Shown: one piece after another, positions 27,501-39,156 of the stretch
Position numbering within the stretch: the stretch's first letter is position 1
Layout: the number at the start of each line of letters is the position of its first letter
From: Eledone cirrhosa
Taxonomy: Eukaryota
Length of the DNA stretch: 64,000 nucleotides
Assembly (NCBI GenBank): GCA_964016885.1
Contig: OZ024740.1
Span: 427,304,001-427,368,000, forward strand
Direction: 5' to 3'
Notes under the pieces: generated by a model
Databases searched by the model: none
The model's input: only the letters and a program-made list of their open reading frames with translations
What the model was told of the DNA's origin: nothing
Program-made: the position numbers and the translations under genes

Positions 27501-30500
27501 TTGGGGAGGAAGGTTGGTGGGTAGTGGGAGGGAGGTTACACTGGGGAGGAAGTTACGTGGGTAGTGGGATGGAGGTTACAGTGGGGAGGAAGGTTGGTGG
27601 TTAGTAGGATGATGGAGGTTACACTGGGGATGAAGGTTGGTGGGTAGTGGGATGGCGGTTAGAGTGGGGAGGAAGGTTGGTGGGTAGTGGGATGGAGGTT
27701 ACAGTGGGGAGAAACGTTGGTGGGTAGTGGGATGGAGGTTACAGTGGGGAGGAAGGTTGGTGGGTAGTGGGATGGAGGTTACACTGGGGAGGAAGGATGG
27801 TGGGTAGTGGGAAGGAGGTTTTACTGGGGAGGAAGGTTGGTGGGTAGTGTGATGGAGGTTAAAGTTCGGGAGGAAGGTTGGTGGGTAGTGAGATGGAGGT
27901 TACATTGGGGAGGAAGGATGGTGGGTAGTGGGCAGGAGTTTATACTGGGGAGGAAGGTTGGTGGGTGGTGGGATGGAGGTTAGAGTGGGGCGAAAATTTG
28001 GTGGGTAGTGGATGGAGGTTAGAGTAGGGCGAAATGTTTGTGGGTAATGGGTAGTAGTTTACAGTGGGGAGAAATATTGGTGGGTAGTGGGATGGAGGTT
28101 ACACTGGGGAGGAAGGTTGGTGGGTAGTGGGATGGGGATTACACTGGAGAGAAAGGTTAGTGGGTAGTGTGATGTAGGTTATAGTGGGAGGGAAGTTTGG
28201 TGGATAGTGGGATTGGGGTTACACTGGGGAGAAAGAGTGGTGGGTAGTGTGATGGAGGTTACACTGGGGTGGAAGGTTGCTGGGTAGGGGAATGGGGGTT
28301 AGAGTGTGGAGGAAGGTTGTTGGGTAGTGGGATCGAGGTTACATTGGGAAGAAAGGTTGGTGGATAATGGGATGGAAGTTACAGTGGGGAGGAAAGTTGG
28401 TGGGTAGTGGGATGGAGGTTAGTGTGGGGAGGAAGTTTGGTCGGTTGTGGGATGGAGGTTACAGTGGGGAGGAAGTTTGTTGGGTAGTGGGATGGAGGTT
28501 ACAGTGGGGAGGAAGGTTGGTGGGTAGTGGGATGGAGGTTACACTGGGGTGGAAGGTTGGTGGGTAATAGGATGGAGGTTAGAGTGGGGAGGAAGGTTGG
28601 AGGGTAGTGGGATGGAGGTTACAGTGGGGAGAAAGGTTGGTGGGTAGTGGGATCGAGGTTACAGTGGGGAGGAAGGTTGGTGGGTAGTGGGATGGAGATT
28701 ACAGTGGTGAGGAATGTTGGTGGGTAGTGGGATGGAGGTTACATTGGGGAGAAAGCTTGTGGGTAGTGGGATGGAAGTTACAGTGGGGAGGAAGGTTGGT
28801 GGGTAGTGGGATGGAAGTTACAGTGGGGAGGAAGGTTGGTGTGTAGTGGGATCGAGGTTACATTGGGAAGAAAGGTTGGTGGATAGTGGGATGGAAATTA
28901 CAGTGGGGAGGAAGGTTGGTGGGTAGTGGGATGGAGGTTAGAGTGGGGAGGAAGTTTGGTCGGTTGTGGGATGGAGGTTACATTGGGGAGGAAGTTGGGT
29001 GGGTAGTGGGATGGAGGTTACAGTGGGGAGGAAGGTTGGTGGGTAGTGGGATGGAGGTTACAATGGGGAGGAAGATTGGTGGGTAGTGTGATGGAGGTTA
29101 TATTGGGGAGAAAAGTTGGTGGGTAGTGGGATGAAGGTTACAGTGGGGAGGAAGTTTGGTGGGTAGTGGGATGGAAGTTACGGTGGGCAAGAAGGTTGGT
29201 GGGTAGTGGGATGGAGGTTACACTGGGGAGCAAGGTTGGTGAGTACTGGGATGGAGGTTAGAGTGGGCAGGAAGGTTGGTGGGTAGTGGGATGGAGGTTA
29301 CAGTGGGGAGAAAGGTTGGTGGGTAGTGAGATGGAGGTTACAGTGGGGAGGAAGTTTGGTGGGTAGTGGGATGGAGATTACATGGTGAGGAAGGTTGGTG
29401 GGTAGTGGGATGGAGGTTACAGTGGGGAGAAAGGTTGGTGGGTAGTTGGATGGAGGTTACAGTGGGGAGGAAGGTTGGTGGGTAGTGGGATGAAGGTTAC
29501 ACTGGGGAGGAAGGTTGGTGGGTAAAAGGATGGAGGTTAGAGTGGGGAGGAAGGTTGGAGGGTAGTGGGATGGAGGTTACAGTGGGGAGGAAGGTTGGTG
29601 GGTAGTGGGATGGAGGTTACAGTGGGGAGGAAGGTTGGTGGGTAGTGGGATGGAGGTTACAATGGGGAGGAAGGTTGGTGGGTAGTGGGATGGAGGTTAG
29701 AGTGGGGGGAAAGGTTGCTGTGTAGTGGGATGGAGGTTACACTGAGGAGGAAGTTTGGTGGGTAGTGGGATGGAGGTTACAGTGGGGAGGATGGTTGGTG
29801 GGTAGTAGGATGGAGGTTAGAGTGGCGCGGAAGGAAGGTGTGTAGTGTGTTGGAGGTTACAGAGGGAGGTAAGTTTGGTGGGTAGTGGGATGGGGTTTAC
29901 ACTGGAGAGAAAGGTTGGTGAGTAGTGTGATGGAGGTTACACTGGGGTTGAAGGTTGGTGGGTAGTGGAATGGGGGTTAGAGTGGGGAGGAAGGTTGTTG
30001 GTTAGTGGGATGGAGGTTACATTGGGGAGAATGTTGGTGGGTAGTGGGAAGGAGGTTACATTGGGGAGGAAGGTTGGTGGGTAGTGGGATGGAGGTTACA
30101 GTCGGGCGAAATTATGGTGGGTAGTGTGAAGGAGGTTACACTGGGGAGGAAGGTTGGTGGGTAGGTGGATGGAGGTTACACTGGGGAGGAAGTTATGTGG
30201 GTAGTGGGATGGAGGTTACAGTGGGGTAGAAGGTAGGTGGGTAGTGTGATGGAGGTTACACTGGGGAGGAAGTTTGCTGGGTAGTGGCATGGAGGTTACA
30301 GTGGGGAGGAACGTTGGTGGGTACGGGGATGGAGGTTACACTGGGGAGATAGGTTGGTGGGTAGTGGGATGGAGGTTACAGTGGGGAGGAAGGTTGGTGG
30401 GTAGTGGGATGGAGGTTACACTGGGGAGGAAGGATGGTGGGTAGTGGGAAGGTGGTTACACTGGGGAGGAACGTTGTTGGGTAGTGGGATAGAGGTTACA

Positions 30501-33500
30501 GTGGGGTGGAAGGTTGGTTGGTAGTGGGATGGAGGTTACATTGGGGAGGAAGGTTGGTGGGTAGTAGGAAGGAGTTTACACTGGGAGGAAGGTTGGTGGG
30601 TAGTGGGATGGAGGTTAGAGTGGGGCGAAAAGTTGCTGGGTAGTGGGAAGGAGGTTAGAATGGGGCGAAATGTTGGTGGGTAGTGGGATGGAGGTTAGAG
30701 TGGGGAGAAAGGTTGGTGGGTAGTGGGTAGTATGTTACAGTGGGGAGAAATATTGGTTGGTAGTTGGATGGAGGTTACAGTGGGGAGAAAGTTTGGTGTG
30801 TAGTGGGATGGAGGTTACACTGGGGAGGAAGATTGGTGGGTAGTGGGATGGAGATTATAGTGGGGAAGAAGGTTGATGGGTAGTGGGATGGAGGTTAGAC
30901 TGGGGAGAATGTTTGGTGGGTAGTGGGATGGAGGTTACAGTGGGGAGGAAGTTAGGTGGGTAGTGGGATGGCGGTTACACTGTGGAGAAAGGTTGGTGTG
31001 TAGTGGGATGGAGGTTACTCTGGGGAGGAAGGTTGGTGGGTAGTGGGATGGGGTTACACTGGGGAGAAAGGTTAGTGCGTAGTGCGATGGAGGTTACACT
31101 GGGGTGGAAGGTTGGTGGGTAGGGGAATGGGGGTTAGAGTGGGGAGGAAGGTTGGTGGGTAGTGGGTAGGAGGTTACATTGGGGAGAAAGGTTGTTGGGT
31201 AGTGGGATGGAGGTTACATTGGGGAGAAAGGTTGGTGGGTAGTGTGAAGGAGGTTACAGTGGGGAGGAAGTTAGCTGCGTAGTGGGATGGAGGTTACAGT
31301 GGGGAGGAAGGTTGGTGGGTAGTAGGATGGAGGTTACACTGGGGAGGAAGGTTGGTGGGTAGTTGGATGGAGGTTAGAGTGGTGAGGAAGATTTGTGGGT
31401 AGTGGGATGGAGGTTACAGTGGGGAGAAAGGTTGGTGGGTAGTGGGATGGAGATTACAGTGGGGATGAAGGTTGGTGGGTAGTGGGATGGAGGTTAGAGT
31501 GGGGCGAAAGGAAGGTGGGTAGTGGGATGGAGGTTACAGTGGGGGGAAGGTGGTGGGTAGTGGCTGGAGGTTACAGTGGGGAGGAAGTTTGGTGGGTAGT
31601 GGGATGGAGGTTACACTGGGGAGGAATGATGGTGGGTTGTGGGAAGGAGGTTACACTGGCGAGGAAGGTTTGTGGGTAGTGGGATGGAGGTTACAGTGGG
31701 AAGGAAGGTTGGTGGGTAGTGGGTTTGAGTTTACATTGGGGAGGAAGGTTGGTGGGTAGTGGGATGGAGGTTACAATGTGGAGTAAGGTTGGTGGGTAGT
31801 GGGATGGAGGTTACACTGAGGAGGAAGTTTGGTGGGTAGTCGGATGGAGTTTACACTGGGGAGGAAGGTTGGTGGGTAGTGGGATGGAGGTTACACTGGG
31901 GAGGAAGGTTGGTGGGTAGTGGGATGGAGGTTAGAATGGGGCGAAAATTTGGTGGGTAGTGGGATGGAGGTTAGAGTGAGGCGAAATGAGGTGGGTAGTG
32001 GGATGGAGTTTAGAGTGTGGAGAAAGGTTGGTGGGTAGTGGGTAGTAGGTTACAGTGGGGAGAAATATTGGTGGGTAGGTGGATGGAGGTTACAGTGGGG
32101 AGAAATGTTGGTGGGTAGTGAGATGGAGGTTACAGTGGGGAGAAAGGTTGGTGTGTAGTGGGATGGAGGTTACACTGGGGAGGAAGGTTGGTGTGTAGTG
32201 GGATGGAGGTTACACTGGGGAGAAATGTTGGTGGGTAGTGAGATGGAGGTTACACTGGGGAGGAAGGTTGGTGGGTAGTGGGATGGAGGTTACACTGGGG
32301 AGGAAGGTTGGTGTGTAGTGGGATGGAGGTTACACTGGGGAGGAAGGTTGGTGGGTAGTGGGATGGAGGTTACACTGGGGAGGAAGGTTGGTGGGTAGTG
32401 GGATGGGGATTACACTGGAGAGAAAGGTTAGTGGGTAGTGTGATGTAGGTTATATTGGGAGGGAAGTTTGGTGGATAGTGGGATGGGGGGTTAGAGTGGG
32501 GAGGAAGTTTGTTGGGTAGTGGGATGGAAGTTATAGTGGGGAGGAAGGTTTATGGGTAGTGGTATGGGGGCTACGTTGGAGAGGAAGGTGTGTGGGTAGT
32601 GGGATGGAGGTTATATTGGGGAGAAAGTTTGGTGGGTAGTGGGATGGAGGTTATATTGGGGAGAAAGGTTGGTGGGTAGTGGGGTGGAGGTTACAGTGGG
32701 GAGGAATGTTGGTGGGTAATGGGATGGGGGTTACAGTGGGGAGGAAGGTTGGTGGGTAGTGGGATGGAGGTTATATTGGGGAGGAAGGTTGGTGGGTAGT
32801 GGGGTGGAGGTTACAGTGGGGGAGAAATTTTGGTGGGTAGTGGGATGGAGGTTACAGTGGGGAGAAAGTTTGGTGGGTAGTGGGATGGAGGTTGACTGGG
32901 GAGAAAGGTTGGTGGGTAGTGGGATGGAGGTTGACTGGGCAGAAATTTTGGTGGGTAGTGGGATGGAGGTTACAGTGGGGAGAAGGGTTGGTGGGTAGTG
33001 GAATGGGGGTTACACTGGGGAGGAAGGTTGGTGGGTAGTGGGAAGGAGGCTACATTGGGGAGAAGGGTTGGTGGGTAGTGGAATGGGGGTTACACTGGGG
33101 AGGAAGGTTGGTGGGTAGTGGGATGGAGGTTACAGTGGGGAGAAGGGTTGGTGGGTAGTGGGATGGAGGTTACAGTGGGGAGAAGGGCTGGTGGGTAGTG
33201 GAATGGGGGTTACACTGGGGAGGAAGGTTGGTGGGTAGTGGGATGGAGGTTACAGTGGGGAGAAGGGTTGGTGGGTAGTGGGATGGAGGTTACAGTGGGG
33301 AGAAAGTTTGGTGGGTAGTGGGATGGAGGTTGACTGGGGAGAAAGGTTGGTGGGTAGTGGGATGGAGGTTGACTGGGCAGAAATTTTGGTGGGTAGTGGG
33401 ATGGAGGTTACAGTGGGGAGAAGGGTTGGTGGGTAGTGGAATGGGGGTTACACTGGGGAGGAAGGTTGGTGGGTAGTGGGAAGGAGGCTACATTGGGGAG

Positions 33501-33730
33501 AAGGGTTGGTGGGTAGTGGAATGGGGGTTACACTGGGGAGGAAGGTTGGTGGGTAGTGGGATGGAGGTTACAGTGGGGAGAAGGGTTGGTGGGTAGTGGG
33601 ATGGAGGTTACAGTGGGGAGAAGGGCTGGTGGGTAGTGGAATGGGGGTTACACTGGGGAGGAAGGTTGGTGGGTAGTGGGATGGAGGTTACAGTGGGGAG
33701 AAGGGTTGGTGGGTAGTGGGATGGAGGTTA
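6575..33730 (+). repeat. G-rich 40-bp tandem satellite, about 680 units
   Basis: Consensus GGGGAGGAAGGTTGGTGGGTAGTGGGATGGAGGTTACA(G/C)T repeated without interruption over ~27 kb. Confidence 0.98.
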
Positions 33731-34199
33731 AAGCGAACGGGATTAGAGAATGGAAGCAGAATGAAAACTTCTGTTGCTGAGGATGTTTTGGTAAATATAC
33801 GCTGAAAATATATGAATTCGAACGCATGAAGAAAATGGAAGAGAACCAGGCGACAACATATTTATGCTTGAGAAGAAAAAGACTGGGTAAACTAAGAAAG
33901 AAATTTGTTACACTCATACAGTCTCACACACACACACACACACTCCCACATACACACTCTCACATACATACTCCACTCACACACACATACATACTCTCTC
34001 TCTCTCTCACACACACACATACACACATTCGATTACACATCGTAAAATCTAATTAACTCGTGTAAAGAAAAGAAATTGTTTCGAACTGTGGAAGGAATTA
34101 TTGACCCCGACCGAGGCTACGATTGCTCTGATACAAGTGTGTAGAAATCTTATCTTTCACCAAAAACTCATCTTCCGAATTATTGAGTGAATGTCTCTA

Positions 34200-35875
34200 T
34201 CTAACTACAAATATAGACCAAAACCAACTTCTTTAAGGTCAGCCATCAAGTATCGATCGTTAGTCCTATCGAAATATTTCGATTGAATCAAAGTAAACAA
34301 AGCCTCATCGAAGTCTGGTTCCATAATTACTCCCTATATGATGTATCAGACGAGAGAGAGAGGTTGTCATGGATAGATCTTTTGGGGTACTGTACTAATC
34401 TATGATATTCCACCATCTAACCTATCAATAAAGGCTAACCTCTTTATTATCACCTTGTTCAACATTTTAAACTGTTTTAAACTTTGTGGACCGAAGATGA
34501 TCAATTATCATATTTGATGTCATATATGAAGAACAATAGAAGCCTCTCAATTTCATCTAGAAATATTAAGAAAAAACATAATTGTTTCTACTTTTGGCAC
34601 AAGGCCAGCAATTATTACAGTATATTACTGGTACTTTATTTTATCGACCCCGTAAGGATGAAAGGCAAAGTTAAACTCGGCAGGATTTGAACTCAGACCA
34701 CAAAGGGCCGTAACTCTATGCTGCAAAGCATGGCATCCGATCTTCTACCGATATTGCCAATCCACCGCCCTTTTTTTATTAAGAAAAACATAATATTAGT
34801 CTACCGATACTCCAGCTTCACATAAAAGACCTAAGTCATTGTTTTCAAGCCACATTTCTTAAACATGCTGAATGTTCTCTCTGTTTGAGTCTTTTCACAG
34901 AACCACGACTACCAACCTGTTCATGAAACTAGAAATTCTACCATCCTGCTGTCAGTTGCAGTAGATAACTGGTGGCCCGGAGGTGAACATGCCTGGAATA
35001 TTCAAATAAAACTCATAAGGGAGATCATCGAAACCAGATGATTTGTATCTCGTGAAATTACTTACCACCATTGGGTTTCAGCAGCTATTAACAGATCTTT
35101 GCAGCACGTCACATCTTACACCGAAAGCCGCTGGAAGTTCTTGAGGTGTTTACTGAAGTTCACCTACGAGTACGGTCCTCCGTCACACTAAACATTTGAG
35201 TAATGTGCTGCTGAAGGTCCGTAAACATCCACTTGGTTCGAGAAACACTCGCCTATCCTGTCTGTGACAAACTTAATTATGGTTCTGTTGCCACTTTGCG
35301 CCTTGGTTAAGACTATGCAATATTCGAGTTTTTCCATTGAAGAAATAGTTAAGGTTCTTTCTCGCCGCTACTACACCGGTTGCGATGCCGTTCCAAATCA
35401 CTTCTTTTAAGTTGTTCACTATCTTCACTCTGATTTCTTTTCTCTATTGCTATTTCTCTACTAAAGCTCTTATTAATTCTAATAAACACGATTACTTCAG
35501 AGTGTCCCTGGTTGTTGATAATTGTTCCTATCAACTGCTACTTAACAATGTCTTTGATACACTTTCTTTAGGCCTTACGTGATGGGGAATTTCTTTAGGC
35601 CTTACGTGATGAGTTCAGCTTCCAAAAGCCGGACCTTGCAGATGAAAAATTGGTGTTTTTGTAGTCGACTTCTTGCAACTTTGAATATCCTCCTACACTA
35701 ACCATGTCTACTAACTTAACAAGTAACATATCTAGATATGTTTTTGACGACCCAATGCGGTTGATCCATCGTAATTCTGGCATATTTGGGAAATCTAGTC
35801 ATTACCTGTCAAACGGTTAATGTCTGACCAAGTTTGCATGCATAAACACACATACACATGCACATCCACACATCC

Positions 35876-35906
<31 letters not shown>

Positions 35907-36150
35907 AAACACACACATACACATGCACACGCACACACACTCACACACACACGCACACACACAAACACACACACACACACACACGGACATACACATACAC
36001 ATAAGAAACACATTCCTCAACAGTTCATTCCAAACAATCCAAATCATTCTATTCTACTCTCCCAGATGTCTGAAGATGTCGGTGTATAAACAGCGAAGGA
36101 ACTGCCTTCACTTTTCCTCATGTCTAGGGCCATCGAATTCTTTATTACAT
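34200..36150 (-). pseudogene. Fragmented L1/Tx1-type LINE ORF2 (endonuclease and RT pieces), interrupted by a SINE and (CA)n
   Basis: Collinear minus-strand motifs: FAVYTPT (~36090, cf. VYAP), RWINRIGSSKTYLDMLL...GFWKLNSS (ORF 35595-35783, cf. WKLN), PKRSIHDNL and LIQSKYFDR (34250-34390). Confidence 0.7.
34578..34771 (-). mobile_element. SINE family A with TSD
   Basis: Consensus match; TSD TATTAAGAAAAA(A)CATAAT at 34564-34582 and 34777-34794. Confidence 0.92.
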
Positions 36151-36160
36151 TTATCTAAAT

Positions 36161-36853
36161 CAAAGGTTCTCAACGGGGGGCATATGCACCCCCGGGTGGC
36201 GTTTCGGAACTCCGGGAGGGGGGGCGTTTCGTAGCAAGGTCGCGTTAGGGAGGCGTTTGGAGTTGGGGGAGGGGGGTTAGGGGGCGCTGGAAGGCTCTTT
36301 ATTTTGGTAAGTTTTATAAGCCATATTTGTATGTCTTTGAGACAGCCAGTGTGAATGCATTTGAATGAGCTTGCAGACAGCATAACTATGGTCTGACAGC
36401 AGCTGTGAGCAGGTGTGCAGGCATGTCCTGTAATTGAGACGTTAACCGGTAATTGAGATCCTAAAATTGGAAAAACCCACAGTCAACCGGGTCAAAGACA
36501 CTTTGGGCACAGCCAGTTAGAATCTTATCTTTCCTTCACCGTAACAATGTATTTCATGTCTGAAATTATTGACTCAGCCGCAAAGAGTTAACACTATGTA
36601 GATCTATTTTATTCCCTATTGTATAAATAATATTACAAATAAAAAAAAAGAAAAGAAAAAACAGAAGCAAGTAGCCCACTCATCTAGGACCACATACAAC
36701 ATATAAGCAGGTAATACACACATCTTTGGAATATTGTTAATCAATTTTTTAGTAATCTACTGATATAAAAATCAGTAGTATATTAAAAAGTGGAAAAATA
36801 GGGGGGGGGGGCGTTTCGTGATTTAGAGGGACAAAATTGGTTGAGAACCTGTG
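36161..36853. mobile_element. Non-autonomous hAT (Charlie-like) DNA transposon / MITE
   Basis: TIRs CAAAGGTTCTCAAC...GTTGAGAACCTGTG; 8-bp TSD ATCTAAAT at 36153-36160 and 36854-36861; subterminal GGGGGGCGTTTCGT near both ends; no transposase ORF. Confidence 0.85.
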
Positions 36854-36858
36854 ATCTA

Positions 36859-37061
36859 AATAATTGTTTCTACGTTTGGCACAAGGCCAGCAATTATGCC
36901 AGCGCATTACTGGTACTTTATTTTATCGATGAAAGGCCAAGTAAGGATGAAAGTCCAAGTTAACAACGGCGTGATTTGAACTCGGAATGGCAAGGGCCGT
37001 AACTCTATGCGTCAAACCATGGCGTCCGACCTTCTACCGATACTCCCAATCCACCGCCCCT
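36859..37061 (-). mobile_element. SINE family A with TSD
   Basis: Consensus match; TSD ATCTAAATAAT at 36854-36864 and 37065-37075. Confidence 0.9.
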
Positions 37062-37077
37062 ATTATCTAAATAATGC

Positions 37078-37307
37078 AAGGGTTTGATTGGCTGCATTGG
37101 TTTAGCGTCAGGAAACATGGTTTGCGGCATATAGTTACGCCCCTTTACATTCTGAGTTCGAATCCCGCCGGGGTTAGCTTTGCCTTTCATCCTTACGGAG
37201 TCAATAAAATATATTACCAGTAACGTACTTCGGTCGATTCAATCGACTTCCACCCCCACACACACAAAATATTATTGGCCTTGTCTCTAAATCAGAAACC
37301 CTTATTA
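37078..37307 (+). mobile_element. Older long-variant SINE
   Basis: B box GAGTTCGAATCCC, central CTTTGCCTTTCATCCTTACGG, extra GGTCGATTCAATCGACTT hairpin, GGCCTTGT tail. Confidence 0.8.
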
Positions 37308-37623
37308 AAATAATGCTCTTTTCTGAAATTTAATTTTAAATATTTAAAGAAATGTTAAGATCGGTTTATAATGTTTTTCCTTTACGAACCAAAATAAGAG
37401 TATTGTCGATATTTCTATCTTATTCAATTACATCTATTTCTATAAATTACTGGCCATGTTTATAAACAGTTATGATTTGTTAAGTCTTCCTCTGTGCTAT
37501 CCACAAATATTTAACACCTGCGAATGTGAAAATAACCAATATTGTATTATGAATATTTAATGTACAGTTTACCTCATAAATGACATCACTTTTTGTAGTG
37601 TCCTTTAATTTTTAGCCTTCAAA

Positions 37624-37808
37624 GTGGATTGGCAGTATCGGTAGAGAGTCGGACACCATGCTTTGACGCATAGAGTTACGGCCCTTGCCATTCTGAGTTC
37701 AAATCCCGCCGAGGTTAACTTTGCCTTTCATCCTTACGGGGTCGATAAAATAAAGTACCAGTAATGTACTGGTTAATTGCGGCCTTGTGCCTAAAATAGA
37801 AACAATAT
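37624..37808 (+). mobile_element. SINE family A
   Basis: Consensus match. Confidence 0.9.
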
Positions 37809-38487
37809 ATCATCGCTCATGTTATAAACTAATTGTATATGGAGCTCGTTACTAAAACACTTTACTAAACATAAAATCTATCTCCGCTATGTGATAGAAA
37901 TATTTCCTTTATTACTATTGTAGAACTTCACGCCACCTAGTTTTGACTTTGGAGGCAGTCGATTAACTGCCCTTAGTTCTGACGTCAGTAGCTGAATACA
38001 CTCTAGGACTGTGGCTATTGAGGCGACCAGACGCGTTTCACTGTGGCGAAACATCGAGATCACACCATGCGGTCACGGGATAATTGAACACCGCCACTTA
38101 ATGATAATTACTAATTACCAATCATGGAGCAACTGATATGATAACCTGCTTTGTTTATTGCTCTGATTAAAATGCTCATGTACATATAATCTCGAGGTAT
38201 GTTCTTTTTGCTTAATTGGTTTACCTACACCTAACAACAAATAGAAGAGATGTACTAGCAGCCAAGCTAGGGAAACGAACTCCCCTCTAAACCGTAAGAC
38301 CATCTCTCCTAAACTATCTTTGCTAACATACTTTACACAATATTTCTCTATATCTGTGAGAGAAATATTTCTATTGTTATATCTTTCAAACATTCTCTTT
38401 CGTAATCATTTCTGTTCCTCATTTACCCTCATTAATTGCCCCCTCCCTCTCTCCCCCTCTCTCTCTCTATCTATATATTAAACTAGC

Positions 38488-38511
38488 ACCCTTGTGGCTA
38501 ATAAAGAAATA
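38488..38511 (+). mobile_element. 24-bp retroposon tail-only insertion with 16-bp TSD
   Basis: ACCCTTGTGGCTAATAAAGAAATA between two copies of TATATATTAAACTAGC (38472-38487, 38512-38527). Confidence 0.7.
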
Positions 38512-38527
38512 TATATATTAAACTAGC

Positions 38528-38863
38528 TCTCTCTCTCTCTCTCCCATCTCTCCCCCTCTCTCTCCCATCTGTTCCTCTCTCTCTCTCTCCTCTCCCTCTC
38601 TCTCCCATCTGTCCCCCCTCTCTCTCCTCTCTCTCCTCTCTCTCCCCCCATCTCTCCCCCCTCTCTCTCCTTTCTTTCTATCTCTGTCATCACCCCACCC
38701 CTCTCTCTCTATCTCTCTCTCTCTTTCTCTCTCTCTCATCATCCTCTTCCACCTATATACACCGTATCTCCCTCTCTCCCTCTCTCTCCCTCTCTCTCCC
38801 TCTCTCTATCCCTCTATTTCTCTCTCTCACCCTCCTCTTCGACCTACATACACCGCCTCTCCC

Positions 38864-38905
<42 letters not shown>

Positions 38906-39070
38906 CTCTTCCACCTACATACACCGTCTCTCCATCTCTCTCCCTCTCTTTCTCTCTCTCTCACCATTCTCTTCCACCTACATACACCCTCTCTCTCTCT
39001 CTCTCTCTTCCTCTCATTCTCCCTCTTTCTCATTCTCTCTCCCTCATTCTCTCTCTCTCTCATTCTCTCT
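38528..39070 (+). repeat. (CT)n-rich tract with four copies of a CTCTTCCACCTACATACACCG-type motif
   Basis: Direct reading; motif copies near 38745, 38835, 38905, 38970. Confidence 0.85.
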
Positions 39071-39156
39071 CCATTTCCTGCCTGTCTCTATATCCACTTC
39101 CCATTTCAACATCCTTTTTCCCCTTCTTAATACTTGTTCCCCTTCATTCTGCCACA

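Noticed and set aside
6603-32998. Many short G/W/V-rich ORFs
   Set aside because: Chance loss of the TAG stop in satellite units
6575-33730. CRISPR array or telomeric repeat
   Set aside because: No unique spacers or cas genes; GGTTAG-like words occur but there are no tandem TTAGGG runs
35564-35612. 21-bp direct duplication TTCTTTAGGCCTTACGTGATG
   Set aside because: Ordinary local slippage within a decayed LINE
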